A DNA stretch of 64,000 nt from an uncultured Methanosarcinaceae archaeon (lineage in GTDB: Archaea; Halobacteriota; Methanosarcinia; Methanosarcinales; Methanosarcinaceae). Where the stretch lies: contig CAWJYV010000008.1 of the NCBI GenBank assembly GCA_963847185.1, positions 192,001 to 256,000 on the forward strand, in the 5' to 3' direction. Below the pieces are notes generated by a model. It did not search any database. It was not told the DNA's origin and saw only the letters and a program-made list of their open reading frames with translations. Below, piece after piece: positions 52,448-62,033 of the stretch (position 1 is its first letter; every line of letters starts with the position of its first letter). The position numbers and the translations under genes were made by a program.

Positions 52448-54136
52448 TTATGTTATTTTTATATAACCAGCTCTTGTCTTCGTCCCTGTTCCTGCTGCAT
52501 TGCTTGCTGTAAGCGTAATAGAGTATGTTCCTGCTTTTGAGTAAATATGCCTTGGGTTCTTGAGTGTTGAATATGTTCCATCTCCAAAACTCCATTTCCA
52601 GCCGTTGTGTGTGACTTGTACTTGCATCTGTAAAACCAATAGTTATAGGTGCCTTTCCTGAGGTTCTCGATGCCCAGAAGCTTACAACCGGTTTTGTTAC
52701 AGCTGTTGTTGTCGCTTTTATATAATTCGTTTTTGTTGTTGCATTGCTGCTACTTGCTGTTGAATTACTTACTGTAAGCGTAACCGTATAATTTCCTGCT
52801 GTTGAGTACGTATGCGTTGGGTTCTTTGCTGTTGAATTTCCTGTCCCATCTCCAAAATTCCAGTTCCATGTTGTTGGGTTTCCTGTGCTTGTGTCAGTAA
52901 ATGCTATGTTCAAGGGTACATTTCCTGAAGTCGCATATGGTAAAACTGGCAACGTGGTTTTGGCTACTGTTGATGTGACTGTTATATAATTTGTTTTTGT
53001 TGTGGTATTGCTGCTACCTGTTGTTGAATTAATTACTGTAAGTGTTACTGTGTAATTTCCTGCTGTCGAATAGGTATGTGTTGGGTTCTTTGCTGTTGAG
53101 TTTACTGTCCCGTCTCCGAAGTTCCAGTTCCATGCGTGGGTGTTCCTGTACTTGTGTCGGTAAATGCTACGTTCAGGGGTACATTTCCTGAGGTAGCGTT
53201 GCTGGCAAAGCTTGCAACAGGAGGCTGTGGGTTAGGGGAAGCAGAAGTAATTACTAGAGGAAGCTTGTCTGAATTGGTACTTCCTGTTATACTTTCATAT
53301 GGTGAATCTGAAATTCCATCCCCATTCGCATCAACTGCAGTTTGTGAAAATCCTGTTCCGTCGGGTTTTCCCCAGAAATTTCCTCCTATATACGGTCCTC
53401 CGACAATGTTAGTACCTGCTGTTTTTGTGGTGCTGTAGGAGTTCCCTATTCCATTTCGAATAGTCATATTGATGTTATTGAAGTAGTTGTTGTAAACACT
53501 GTTTCCGTCGCTCAGTCCGCAAATAAAGATACCGTAAACACTGTTGCTTTGGACTTTGTTGGTTGAAAGTATATTATTGTCAGAGGTGCCAAAATAAACT
53601 CCTCTCTGATTTCCAGAAGCCGTATTTCCTGAAATAGTATTGCCTGTTGCACTTTGAAGTGCAATTCCGAATTCTCCACTACTGGCAACATTATTCTTTG
53701 AAACCGTAGTTCCACTGGTCCTCAGGAGAAAGATTCCACGAGCGTTGTTCACAAGTATGTTATTTTCAACTATACAGTTACTGCATGAAGACAGATTGAT
53801 TCCTGCGTAGGGAGATTTGTTTGACCCACTTATTTTGAATCCGCTGATTTTTATGTTGCTTCCCTGCAGAAGAAAAACATTTGAGCTTGCAATCTTGTAT
53901 TTTATTATCGTATTATCAGGATTTCCGGATTCCGACCTGATCGTGATAGCCTTGGTTACTTTGATATTTTCTGTATAAGTGCCGGGCTTTACAGTTATTG
54001 TGTCTCCTGGACTTGAACTGTTAACTGCAGCTTGTATTGAACCACCTGGTTGAACAAAAATCTCAGCCGCAGTTCCAATACCTGATATTAATATTAAAAT
54101 AAGAACAGCTAATAGTAACGTTGTTAACTTGCCTAT
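52448..54136 (-). pseudogene. NosD/CASH beta-helix + PKD-domain cell-surface protein, frameshifted in the PKD region
   Basis: Open frame from ATA 54136 (signal peptide, SIQAAVN, PGTYTEN) through GGNFWGKPDG. The PKD repeats (W.FGDG..ST.KNP.H.YS.AG) are spread over several frames. Confidence 0.8.
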
Positions 54137-54857
54137 TTTGATTCCTCCGTTATTAATTTTTCAAAAAAATGATGCTTATTTTTTATTATGTAATATTCTC
54201 TACTCTACTCCCACTCAGCCAAAAACCAATATCGCTCTATATTTCAAATGACTTATTATATAGTAAATTTCTTTGTACAAATTTCCTTAATTGGGCGAGA
54301 ATGAACATAACCTAATATAAACATTCTGATTTTAAACGATGGGTTTATATAAAAAACACTACATAAAAAAATTAGTAAATCAGTGATTTATTTCGAAAGG
54401 GGTAATATTACTTTATTTAAACTAACATAATACAACAAAGACGATGAAGGGGTAATTTCTCTTTCTACGATTTTTATCAAAGCATGAGATCTCTTTGCCT
54501 CTTACAGTAATTTCAGTATAATTTTCACAGTGAAAAATCTAGATAATTTTATTTTGTTTCCTTTCTTTTGCCTTATTTTACTTAATTTTATACAAAAAAA
54601 TTTCTCACTCTCAACAACTGAGTCCAAATTAAAATTTGATCCTTTAAATAAAAAAAGAATAATAACTATGTAAACAATCCATTTAACAAATATTTAGGGA
54701 GATTGTGCAAAATAAAATATAGGTCATTGGAATAATTGCTATAGGATTACTTAAATACAATCAAGTTAAAATTAAGCAAATATATTGAATATAAAAACAT
54801 AGAAAATCTTTATTATCCTATAAATGAAACCATATAGCAAAACAAGGGGATGAAACG

Positions 54858-55319
54858 ATGGGTGTAGAAGCAACTATCAAAGAGATTGCAAGTGAACTTG
54901 AAAGAATCGCGAATACAAAGACTGTTGTTGGAGAACCTATTACTGCTTCTGGGAAAACAATAATTCCCATTTCAAGAATTACAATGGGTTTTGGAGCCGG
55001 AGGCGGAGAGGGCAAGAAAGACACCGAGTCCGGATATGGAGGAGGTGGGGGCGCAGGTGCGAAAATTGAACCTGTAGCTTTTATTATGATTTCTGAGGAC
55101 GAAGCAAGAATCTTTCGGGTCTCGGAGAGAAACGATGTCGGGTCTGTTCTTGGTTCCATCCCGGATCTCGTGCCTGAGCTAATAGATAAGCTGAAAGGTA
55201 TAAAAGGCAAGCATAAAAAAGAAGAGAAACCTGAAGTGAAGACAGAAACAGAGTTTCAGGGAAAAGAAAAGGTAGAGTCTACTGAGGTTCCCGTTGGAAA
55301 AGGGGAATGTTTCCAGTAA
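54858..55319 (+). CDS. GerW/YtfJ family protein
   Basis: TVVGEPI...TIIPIS..MGFGAGGG...GGGGGAG..PVAF motif. Confidence 0.9.
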   Translation: MGVEATIKEIASELERIANTKTVVGEPITASGKTIIPISRITMGFGAGGGEGKKDTESGYGGGGGAGAKIEPVAFIMISEDEARIFRVSERNDVGSVLGSIPDLVPELIDKLKGIKGKHKKEEKPEVKTETEFQGKEKVESTEVPVGKGECFQ

Positions 55320-55423
55320 ATTCTTTCAAAATCGAATCTTAAGGGATTTTCCAGGAACTGATACTAAAAGGTTAGAGCTTTTGGGATAGTCAGAACTATC
55401 CTTTTTCTCTAAGTCTCTTTGAT

Positions 55424-56302
55424 ATGCTGTTCATAATTTATCTCCTCGTTCTGGCTCTTCTGCTGATATTATTCATACTTTTTACAGCAATAGGTCTCAC
55501 TTTCAAGCTTAAGATTTTAAGTTTTGGGGAGAAGAAAGAATTTGGAGGCATATTAACTGTAAAATGGCTGTTTTTTTCCCGTACTTTTTCAATAGAAGAG
55601 CCGAAGGAAAAAGAAATTCCTTTTGAAGAACCTGAAAAGTCAAATAACGAAATAGTATCAGGAGTAGATGCAGAAAGAAGAAGCGTAGGCTCAGAGAGTC
55701 TGCAACCTGAAAAGGGTCCAGGGCAGAATGAACCTAGAGCAGAAGACCTCCAAAAAACAGAATATGACATGCAAGTAGAAAAAAGCAGAGAAATTGAAGA
55801 AAAGGAAGGTAAAATAGAGTCTGAAGAAGGAATGACCACTAGAGAAATACTTCACTGGGGCCTGGAAGCATTTAAATCTCTTAAAAAACCTTTATTCCAT
55901 CTTTTTTCTGACCTTCTAAATGGGGTAAAAATCAGGCGCCTTGAATCTTACCTTACTTTTGGCCTTTCCAATCCAGCAGATACGGGCATTCTCTGTGGTT
56001 TTATCCATTCTATTGCGGGATTGGTCTACAGTCGTTGCAGTTACTGCAGTTTTTCTATTAATCCGGTGTTCATGTGCCCAGTGCTGGACTTCAGGGGAAA
56101 TGGAGAGGTCCGTGTAAAGATACATTCTTTGATTTTCCCATTCATTAAATTTATATTAAACGGGAAAACTTTATCTTTTACTTATTCGATTGCTAAGGAG
56201 ATACTTCAGCGGAAATGGAAATCTGAATGGAAATTTAAATTGAAATCTAAATTGAAATCTAAATGGAAATTTAAAAGGAAAGATAACTCCGAAGCTTTAT
56301 GA
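55424..56302 (+). CDS. DUF2953 (YtfI-like) membrane-anchored protein
   Basis: N-terminal TM, FGLSNPADTGILCG motif, adjacency to the ytfJ-like gene. Confidence 0.75.
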   Translation: MLFIIYLLVLALLLILFILFTAIGLTFKLKILSFGEKKEFGGILTVKWLFFSRTFSIEEPKEKEIPFEEPEKSNNEIVSGVDAERRSVGSESLQPEKGPGQNEPRAEDLQKTEYDMQVEKSREIEEKEGKIESEEGMTTREILHWGLEAFKSLKKPLFHLFSDLLNGVKIRRLESYLTFGLSNPADTGILCGFIHSIAGLVYSRCSYCSFSINPVFMCPVLDFRGNGEVRVKIHSLIFPFIKFILNGKTLSFTYSIAKEILQRKWKSEWKFKLKSKLKSKWKFKRKDNSEAL

Positions 56303-56327
56303 ATAGGTAATGAGGATACAGATAAAC

Positions 56328-57293
56328 ATGATTAAAGTAGTGTCTCCATCCAGACTGCATCTTACCCTGATAGACCTCAATGCAGAGATTGGCAGGGTCG
56401 ATGGGGGAGCAGGAATCACCCTGGAATCTCCCGGCCTGGAACTTTCGGCAGCTGAAGCAGATTCTGTCGAAGTCTTCGGGGATTCTTTTCTCGCAAGCAA
56501 AATGCGAAAAGCCGCAGAAGCTCTGCTTCCTGCAGGAAAAGGAATCAAGCTCCATATTGAAGAATGTCTTCCCGATCACGTAGGACTCGGTTCAGGGACT
56601 CAGGCTGCACTTTCGGCAGCTGCAGCCGTAAATAACATTTACGGACTTGGGAAGAGTGTTCGGGAGCTTGCAGTTGCCGTGGGTAGAGGTGGGACTTCAG
56701 GTATAGGGGTTGCTGCCTTTGAAAGCGGCGGCTTCATTCTCGATGGGGGACACAAGTTTAAGGAAAAACGTGCTTTTTCTCCTTCTGCAGCCAGTCACGT
56801 ACCTCCTGGTCCTGTGCTTTTCAGAAGAGACTTTCCGGATTGGCCTATTGTCCTGGCAATCCCTAATGCAAAAGGAGCTTACGATGCAAAAGAGGTGGAT
56901 CTCTTTAAAAAGTTCTGTCCCATCCCTCTTTCCGAAGTTCAGGAGATCTCTCATGTAATCCTTATGCAGATGCTCCCTGCACTTGTAGAAGAAGACCTGG
57001 AAAGTTTCGGAAAGGCGATTAATCACTTCCAGACTGTTGGTTTTAAGAGACGAGAAGTGGAGCTTCAGACAAAGCCTGTTCTGGATATAATGAAGTACAT
57101 GCAGGATAACGGAGCAAGCGGCTCAGGAATCAGTTCTTTCGGTCCGGTAGTTTACGGGATAGTTGGCAGTATTGGAGAAGGCAAAAAACTTCAGCAAGAA
57201 ACTCAAAAGATGCTTGATGAGTCTCTTGGAGGAAGAGTATTGCTTACAAAGGCTAAAAACCGGGGTGCGGATATCTTCGGGGGTCCGGATTGA
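56328..57293 (+). CDS. Beta-ribofuranosylaminobenzene 5'-phosphate synthase (GHMP family)
   Basis: SPSRLH..LID, HVGLGSGTQ, GRGGTSGIG..AF..GGFILDGGH and SSFGP motifs. Confidence 0.93.
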   Translation: MIKVVSPSRLHLTLIDLNAEIGRVDGGAGITLESPGLELSAAEADSVEVFGDSFLASKMRKAAEALLPAGKGIKLHIEECLPDHVGLGSGTQAALSAAAAVNNIYGLGKSVRELAVAVGRGGTSGIGVAAFESGGFILDGGHKFKEKRAFSPSAASHVPPGPVLFRRDFPDWPIVLAIPNAKGAYDAKEVDLFKKFCPIPLSEVQEISHVILMQMLPALVEEDLESFGKAINHFQTVGFKRREVELQTKPVLDIMKYMQDNGASGSGISSFGPVVYGIVGSIGEGKKLQQETQKMLDESLGGRVLLTKAKNRGADIFGGPD

Positions 57294-58294
57294 AAATCAA
57301 TACCTGGTTTGGAGTTCTCGAGATCAGCGGGACTGGAGAAATTCTGGAATCCGAGCTTTTTTCAAAAGATATTCGAGAACTTGCTATCCGTTCTCTTTCT
57401 TTAAGAGAAATAAGGCAGAACCTCCCGCCTGCAGGCTTTGACCTGAAAGCTGCAGCTCTTGAGTGTGGGTTTGCGGATTCTTCTGCCGAATACTACTCTC
57501 TTTTGCACGAAGTAACTCTGGATGCTGCAAAAATTCAGGTTTCAGGAGCTCTTACCCCTGACCAGCGGATCATTCAGGCAGTAGAAGCCCTCGATGATAT
57601 TAATGAAACTGCAAACTCCCTTTCTGAAAGGCTTTTTGAATGGTATGGAGGGTATTTTCCCGAAAGCGGGCTGAGCGGAGAATCCCTTGCCATTTTCGTC
57701 ACGAAATACGGTTCTCGTGAGAATATTGGCTCTGAAGACTCTCTTTATTCTAAAGCCAGGGATTCCATGGGTGCAAAACTCGAAGTTGAAGATGAGGCCC
57801 TTCTTAAAGGTTTTGCAGAAAACGTTTCTAGCCTTTATGAAAGGAAGAGGCAGATAGAAGTTTATATCGAGAACAGCATGGAGGCGGTTGCACCCAACTT
57901 GAATATTATTGCAGGCCCTACTCTTGGAGCAAGATTGATAAGCATTGCCGGAAGCCTTGAAAAGCTTGCTGCTTTTCCTTCCAGCACCATTCAGGTCATA
58001 GGGGCAAGTAAGGCTCTCTTCAAACACCTTCGGGCCAGGGCTCCCTCTCCCAAGCACGGAATTATTTATAGTCATCCTATTATAAATACTGCGCCTTGGT
58101 GGATAAGAGGAAAGATTGCAAGAGCCCTTGCAGCAAAGCTGTCTCTTGCTGCGAGGATTGACTTTTACTCAGGAAAGAAAGATCCTTCCCTTACAGGAAA
58201 ACTTGAAATGAAAGTCCAGCAGATAAGGACTTCTAACCCCAGACCTCCTCAAAAAAAGCAGGTAAGTGGGGTAAAGAAGAAGAGGAGGAAGTAA
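57290..58294 (+). CDS. nop5: C/D box sRNP protein Nop5 (Nop56/58 homolog)
   Basis: ERLFEWY, APNL...GPTLGARLI, PSSTIQVIGA and PKHGIIY motifs. Confidence 0.93.
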   Translation: MKINTWFGVLEISGTGEILESELFSKDIRELAIRSLSLREIRQNLPPAGFDLKAAALECGFADSSAEYYSLLHEVTLDAAKIQVSGALTPDQRIIQAVEALDDINETANSLSERLFEWYGGYFPESGLSGESLAIFVTKYGSRENIGSEDSLYSKARDSMGAKLEVEDEALLKGFAENVSSLYERKRQIEVYIENSMEAVAPNLNIIAGPTLGARLISIAGSLEKLAAFPSSTIQVIGASKALFKHLRARAPSPKHGIIYSHPIINTAPWWIRGKIARALAAKLSLAARIDFYSGKKDPSLTGKLEMKVQQIRTSNPRPPQKKQVSGVKKKRRK

Positions 58295-58975
58295 ATGCCT
58301 GAAGTCAGAACACTCTCTGATGGAATTTTCGAGGTTATAAAAGACAAAAAACAGCTTGCTACAAGGAACCTTGATATAGGCAAGGTAGTCTACGGAGAAA
58401 AGCTAATTACAGCTGAAGGGGTTGAATATAGGACCTGGGACCCCCGCCGGAGCAAGCTTGGAGCCATGGTTCTTAAGAAATTTAATATTTCTCTGAAGGA
58501 AAACTCAAAAGTTCTTTACCTTGGGGCGGCTTCAGGTACAACCGTCAGCCATGTTTCTGATATCCTCTCAGAAGGTGCAGTCTATGCTGTTGAGTTTGCC
58601 CCGCGTAGTATGAGAGATCTCATAGGACTTGCATCTAGAAGGAAAAATGTCTACCCTATTCTGGCTGATGCGGGAAGACCGGATAGTTACGCTCATATTG
58701 TTGAGCCTGTGGATCTTATTTTTCAGGACGTTGCCCAGCCTAACCAGGCAGAGATAGCTTCAAGGAATGCTGCTCGTTTTTTGAAAAAAAATGGGTTTTT
58801 ACTACTTTCTATCAAAGCTCGAAGCATTGACACTGTAGCAGATCCTAAAGAGGTATTTACGGACGAAGTAAAAAAACTGGAAAAGGCTTTTGAACCTAAA
58901 TTCGAAATCCTCAATGCAAAGGACCTTATGCCCTATCACGAAGATCACCTGGGAGTTCTGGCAAAGTTGAGATAA
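58295..58975 (+). CDS. flpA: Fibrillarin-like rRNA/tRNA 2'-O-methyltransferase
   Basis: YRTWDPRRSKL, VLYLGAASGTTVSHVSD and DVAQPNQ motifs. Confidence 0.97.
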   Translation: MPEVRTLSDGIFEVIKDKKQLATRNLDIGKVVYGEKLITAEGVEYRTWDPRRSKLGAMVLKKFNISLKENSKVLYLGAASGTTVSHVSDILSEGAVYAVEFAPRSMRDLIGLASRRKNVYPILADAGRPDSYAHIVEPVDLIFQDVAQPNQAEIASRNAARFLKKNGFLLLSIKARSIDTVADPKEVFTDEVKKLEKAFEPKFEILNAKDLMPYHEDHLGVLAKLR

Positions 58976-59394
58976 AACACCTGTTTTTAAGTGTTTTCCA
59001 TATCTTTTAAGATATATATTTGATTTTTCAGGAGTATCCTCAGATCCTTTTAAGATTTCACATCAGGTACTACAATAACGAGATCATACAAAGCTCTCTA
59101 CAATGCATTACCTTGCTGTAGTGAATTGTATTTGTGCTTAGAGATTCAAATGCTGTCACTTACTTGATCCTGAAAAACGATAAAGTTATTGAAAACGTAT
59201 GCCTGAACAGATTGGGATATGCTTGAGGAAAGGATTTTTTGACATCTAATTTTTCAATGGCTTTCAAATTTTGTGCATAAAAATATTATTTGTTACAAAG
59301 CAACTTTTGGGGCAATTAATTTGAAATATTTTCTGATATATTGCTATATTGTAGTTGGGAAGTGAGATTGGGGTATTCGCCAAGATAAGTAAAT

Positions 59395-59505
59395 GAATCG
59401 CCTGGGGCTCTTAATTTACTCTGGTTATTATGCTTGGGGGAGCATAATCAGGAGTGACTGCATTGGGGGATGCAGTAACAGAACAATAGAGTCTCCAGGC
59501 TTCCT
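59395..59505. ncRNA. Candidate structured small RNA with two hairpins sharing a TGGGGG loop
   Basis: Outer stem 59400-59411/59488-59500; inner hairpins TTATGCT-TGGGGG-AGCATAA and ACTGCAT-TGGGGG-ATGCAGT. Confidence 0.6.
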
Positions 59506-59593
59506 CTCTTAGTTTCTTTGTTCTTATCTTCTTTGTTTTTCTCTCTGTTTTCATCAGTTTCCCATTAATTCTCACTACTTATTTACTATTCCT

Positions 59594-59833
59594 TCACTGT
59601 AATTTTCTAGCCCTGGACCTTTTTCCTGTAACTTTAAAAGTAGTCACAAATGGGCGTTTAATTGGGAAAGTTATCCCTTCTTCCTCAATATAAAGTTCAA
59701 CGGCTTCTTTCAGGTTTGAAACAGCTTCTTCAATTGTTTCTCCCTGACTTGACACATCAAGTTCAAGGCAAAAGGATACGTATTGTTCACCTTCCTTATG
59801 CACAATTGCAGAAAATGTAAACGTCTCTTTCAT
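59594..59833 (-). CDS. HicB-like (UPF0150) antitoxin family protein, no adjacent hicA seen
   Basis: YVSFCLELDVSSQGETIEEAVSNLKEAVELYIE motif. Confidence 0.88.
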   Translation of the reverse strand: MKETFTFSAIVHKEGEQYVSFCLELDVSSQGETIEEAVSNLKEAVELYIEEEGITFPIKRPFVTTFKVTGKRSRARKLQ

Positions 59834-59964
59834 CCTTTTGCAATAATGCAGTCTTTATGTTAAATATTTCGTAAAATATTGTTTAGATTATCAATCCACG
59901 TAACCTTCAGGCAGAGTTTTACTTTCTTTGCTTGTTTATTCTAAAGAGATACGCAGGGAAGGAT

Positions 59965-60445
59965 ATGGAAAGGTATAATTCTTGAGCTCTATTATAACGG
60001 GAAAGCTCTTTCCCTTGACTATGTATCAGCGAGGTAATCAGTCGAAACCACATATTTATTGGGTAGACTACTCATGGACATTGTGAAGAAGATGTCCTTC
60101 TATGGGCTTATGGTCTGAACATTCTGCAGGACATATAGATAATACCGAAATTGTGGAATAAATTGCTAAAAAACTGGTTTTTGATTTTACAAAACCAGTT
60201 CGTGTCTATATGTCGAAGCAGGTGGTATTTTCTCAAGAGATAACGGAGACGGGCAGCTGGATGAAAACGAGTACTTGCTGGTATGGCAAATTTCTCTAAT
60301 CCTGTGCTGAGAATAGGAGAAATCTAACTGTCAGTGAGCAAAAACATTCTTCTCAAGGATGGAGTGACTCATGAACTTGAAGGAATAGTTGTCTATACTT
60401 CAGGAACTGATAAAGTCTATGTTCCTTCTGATGCTTGGTTAAGGC
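59965..60445 (+). pseudogene. 3' remnant of an alkaline phosphatase gene
   Basis: Hand translation gives SEVISRNHIFIG*TTHGHCEEDVLLWAYG, then GHIDNTEIVE*IAKKL, then KNILLKDGVTHELEGIVVY, with stops and frameshifts. This resembles the PhoA 'W.T..H.GEDV..AYG...IDNTEI' C-terminus. Confidence 0.65.
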
Positions 60446-60577
60446 TTTTGTATTCTCCTTATTTCGGGGAGATCCTTTTTTGGAATTATTCTTACAGACG
60501 CAGATGTTTTATACTTATGTATATATCACATTAGAAATATTACATTCTAAATTTATATCTAAAGGTTTTGTGGATAT

Positions 60578-61843
60578 ATGCCAGCAGAATTTTTTTCATC
60601 TTTTTTTTCATCTTTACCTGATCTCTCAGTGCTTATCCTGCTGGGAGTCTTTACATTCACCGCTCTCCGGCAAATAGGATCTTTAAAGCTTAAGATCTGG
60701 CAGATTATGGCTTTCGGAGCTTCATTGGTGCTACTATTCGGGGAGATTTCACCTGAAAAAGCTCTTGAGGCAATCAATATTGATGTTCTTCTCTTTCTCT
60801 TTGGGGCTTTTTGCGTCGGAGAGGCGTTGAACAGGAGCGGGTATCTGGCCTGGCTCGGAAGCAGGATAGTATCTAAGGCCAGAAATACGGATCAACTTGT
60901 TTTGCTTGTGCTTTTCTCAACAGGGCTTCTTTCTGCTATCCTTATGAACGACACTCTGGCTATCATGGGTACTCCCCTTGTTCTCCAGTTTTCCCGGAAA
61001 TACGGGGTTTCTCCAAAGCTTATGCTTTTTGCCCTGGCTTTCGGAGTAACGACGGGAAGTGTTATGAGTCCTATCGGAAACCCCCAGAACCTTCTTATAG
61101 CAATTGATGGAAATATGGAAGCTCCGTTTGTAACTTTTTTGCATTCGCTCGCTTTGCCAACTATTATATGCCTTATCGTTGCTTATGCTGTGCTCAAACT
61201 ATTCTTTCGACGAGATTTTGGGAAATCGACCCTGATTCACTCAGAGGAAGCCATCACCGATCCTGAGCTTGCAAGGCTTTCAAAAATGGCTCTTTCTCTT
61301 ATGTTAATTCTTATAGCCTGTAAGATCTTTCTTGTTGAGTTTCTGCCTGCCTGGAATTTCAGTCTGAGCTGGCTTGCCCTGATATCTGCATCTCCTGTGC
61401 TTCTCCTGAGCCGAAGGCGCATGGAAATTTTAAAAAATATCGATTGGACAACTCTTGTTTTTTTTGTTTCGATGTTTGTCCTGATGGAGAGCGTATGGAT
61501 TTCCGGAACATGTCAGGAACTTCTTGACAGGCTGTCCCCGCAATTAGGCTCAGTACCAATGATCCTGGCTCTTAGTATCGGGCTCAGTCAATTTATCTCA
61601 AATGTTCCTTTTGTTGCGCTCTACCTGCCGGCTATGGGAAGTGCAGTTTCTCAAGAGCAGTTGATGGCTCTCGCTGCGGGAAGCACAATTGCAGGGAATC
61701 TATTAATTCTGGGTGCTGCAAGCAATGTTATAATCATTCAGAATGCTGAAAAAGAGGGTGAAACTCTTTCATTTATTGAGTTTTCCAGAATTGGATTTTT
61801 AATAACACTTTTAGACGCTATTATTTATTTTGTTTTTCTTTAA
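60578..61843 (+). CDS. SLC13/ArsB/NhaD-type anion transporter
   Basis: ILMNDT, GSVMSPIGNPQN, IDWTTLVFF, FISNVP and GSTIAGNL.ILGAASN motifs. Confidence 0.9.
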   Translation: MPAEFFSSFFSSLPDLSVLILLGVFTFTALRQIGSLKLKIWQIMAFGASLVLLFGEISPEKALEAINIDVLLFLFGAFCVGEALNRSGYLAWLGSRIVSKARNTDQLVLLVLFSTGLLSAILMNDTLAIMGTPLVLQFSRKYGVSPKLMLFALAFGVTTGSVMSPIGNPQNLLIAIDGNMEAPFVTFLHSLALPTIICLIVAYAVLKLFFRRDFGKSTLIHSEEAITDPELARLSKMALSLMLILIACKIFLVEFLPAWNFSLSWLALISASPVLLLSRRRMEILKNIDWTTLVFFVSMFVLMESVWISGTCQELLDRLSPQLGSVPMILALSIGLSQFISNVPFVALYLPAMGSAVSQEQLMALAAGSTIAGNLLILGAASNVIIIQNAEKEGETLSFIEFSRIGFLITLLDAIIYFVFL

Positions 61844-62033
61844 CTCTAAAAAGCAATAAATTGTCGTAGATAAAACTAAAAAAGGCTATCATCGCCTAAA
61901 ATCAGTTTTTAAACGTTTTTGTCTCTTCTATTCATTTATCCTTTTTGTCTAAGTGTATATAAAGGCTCCCCTACCCTCTGATAAACTTGATATACTGTTA
62001 GCACATACATTTTTTTCTGGAAGATATAAGATC

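Noticed and set aside
60060-60070. Pyrrolysine read-through of the in-frame TAG in the phosphatase relic
   Set aside because: The TAG replaces an expected Trp codon and is accompanied by TAA stops, frameshifts and a missing 5' part.
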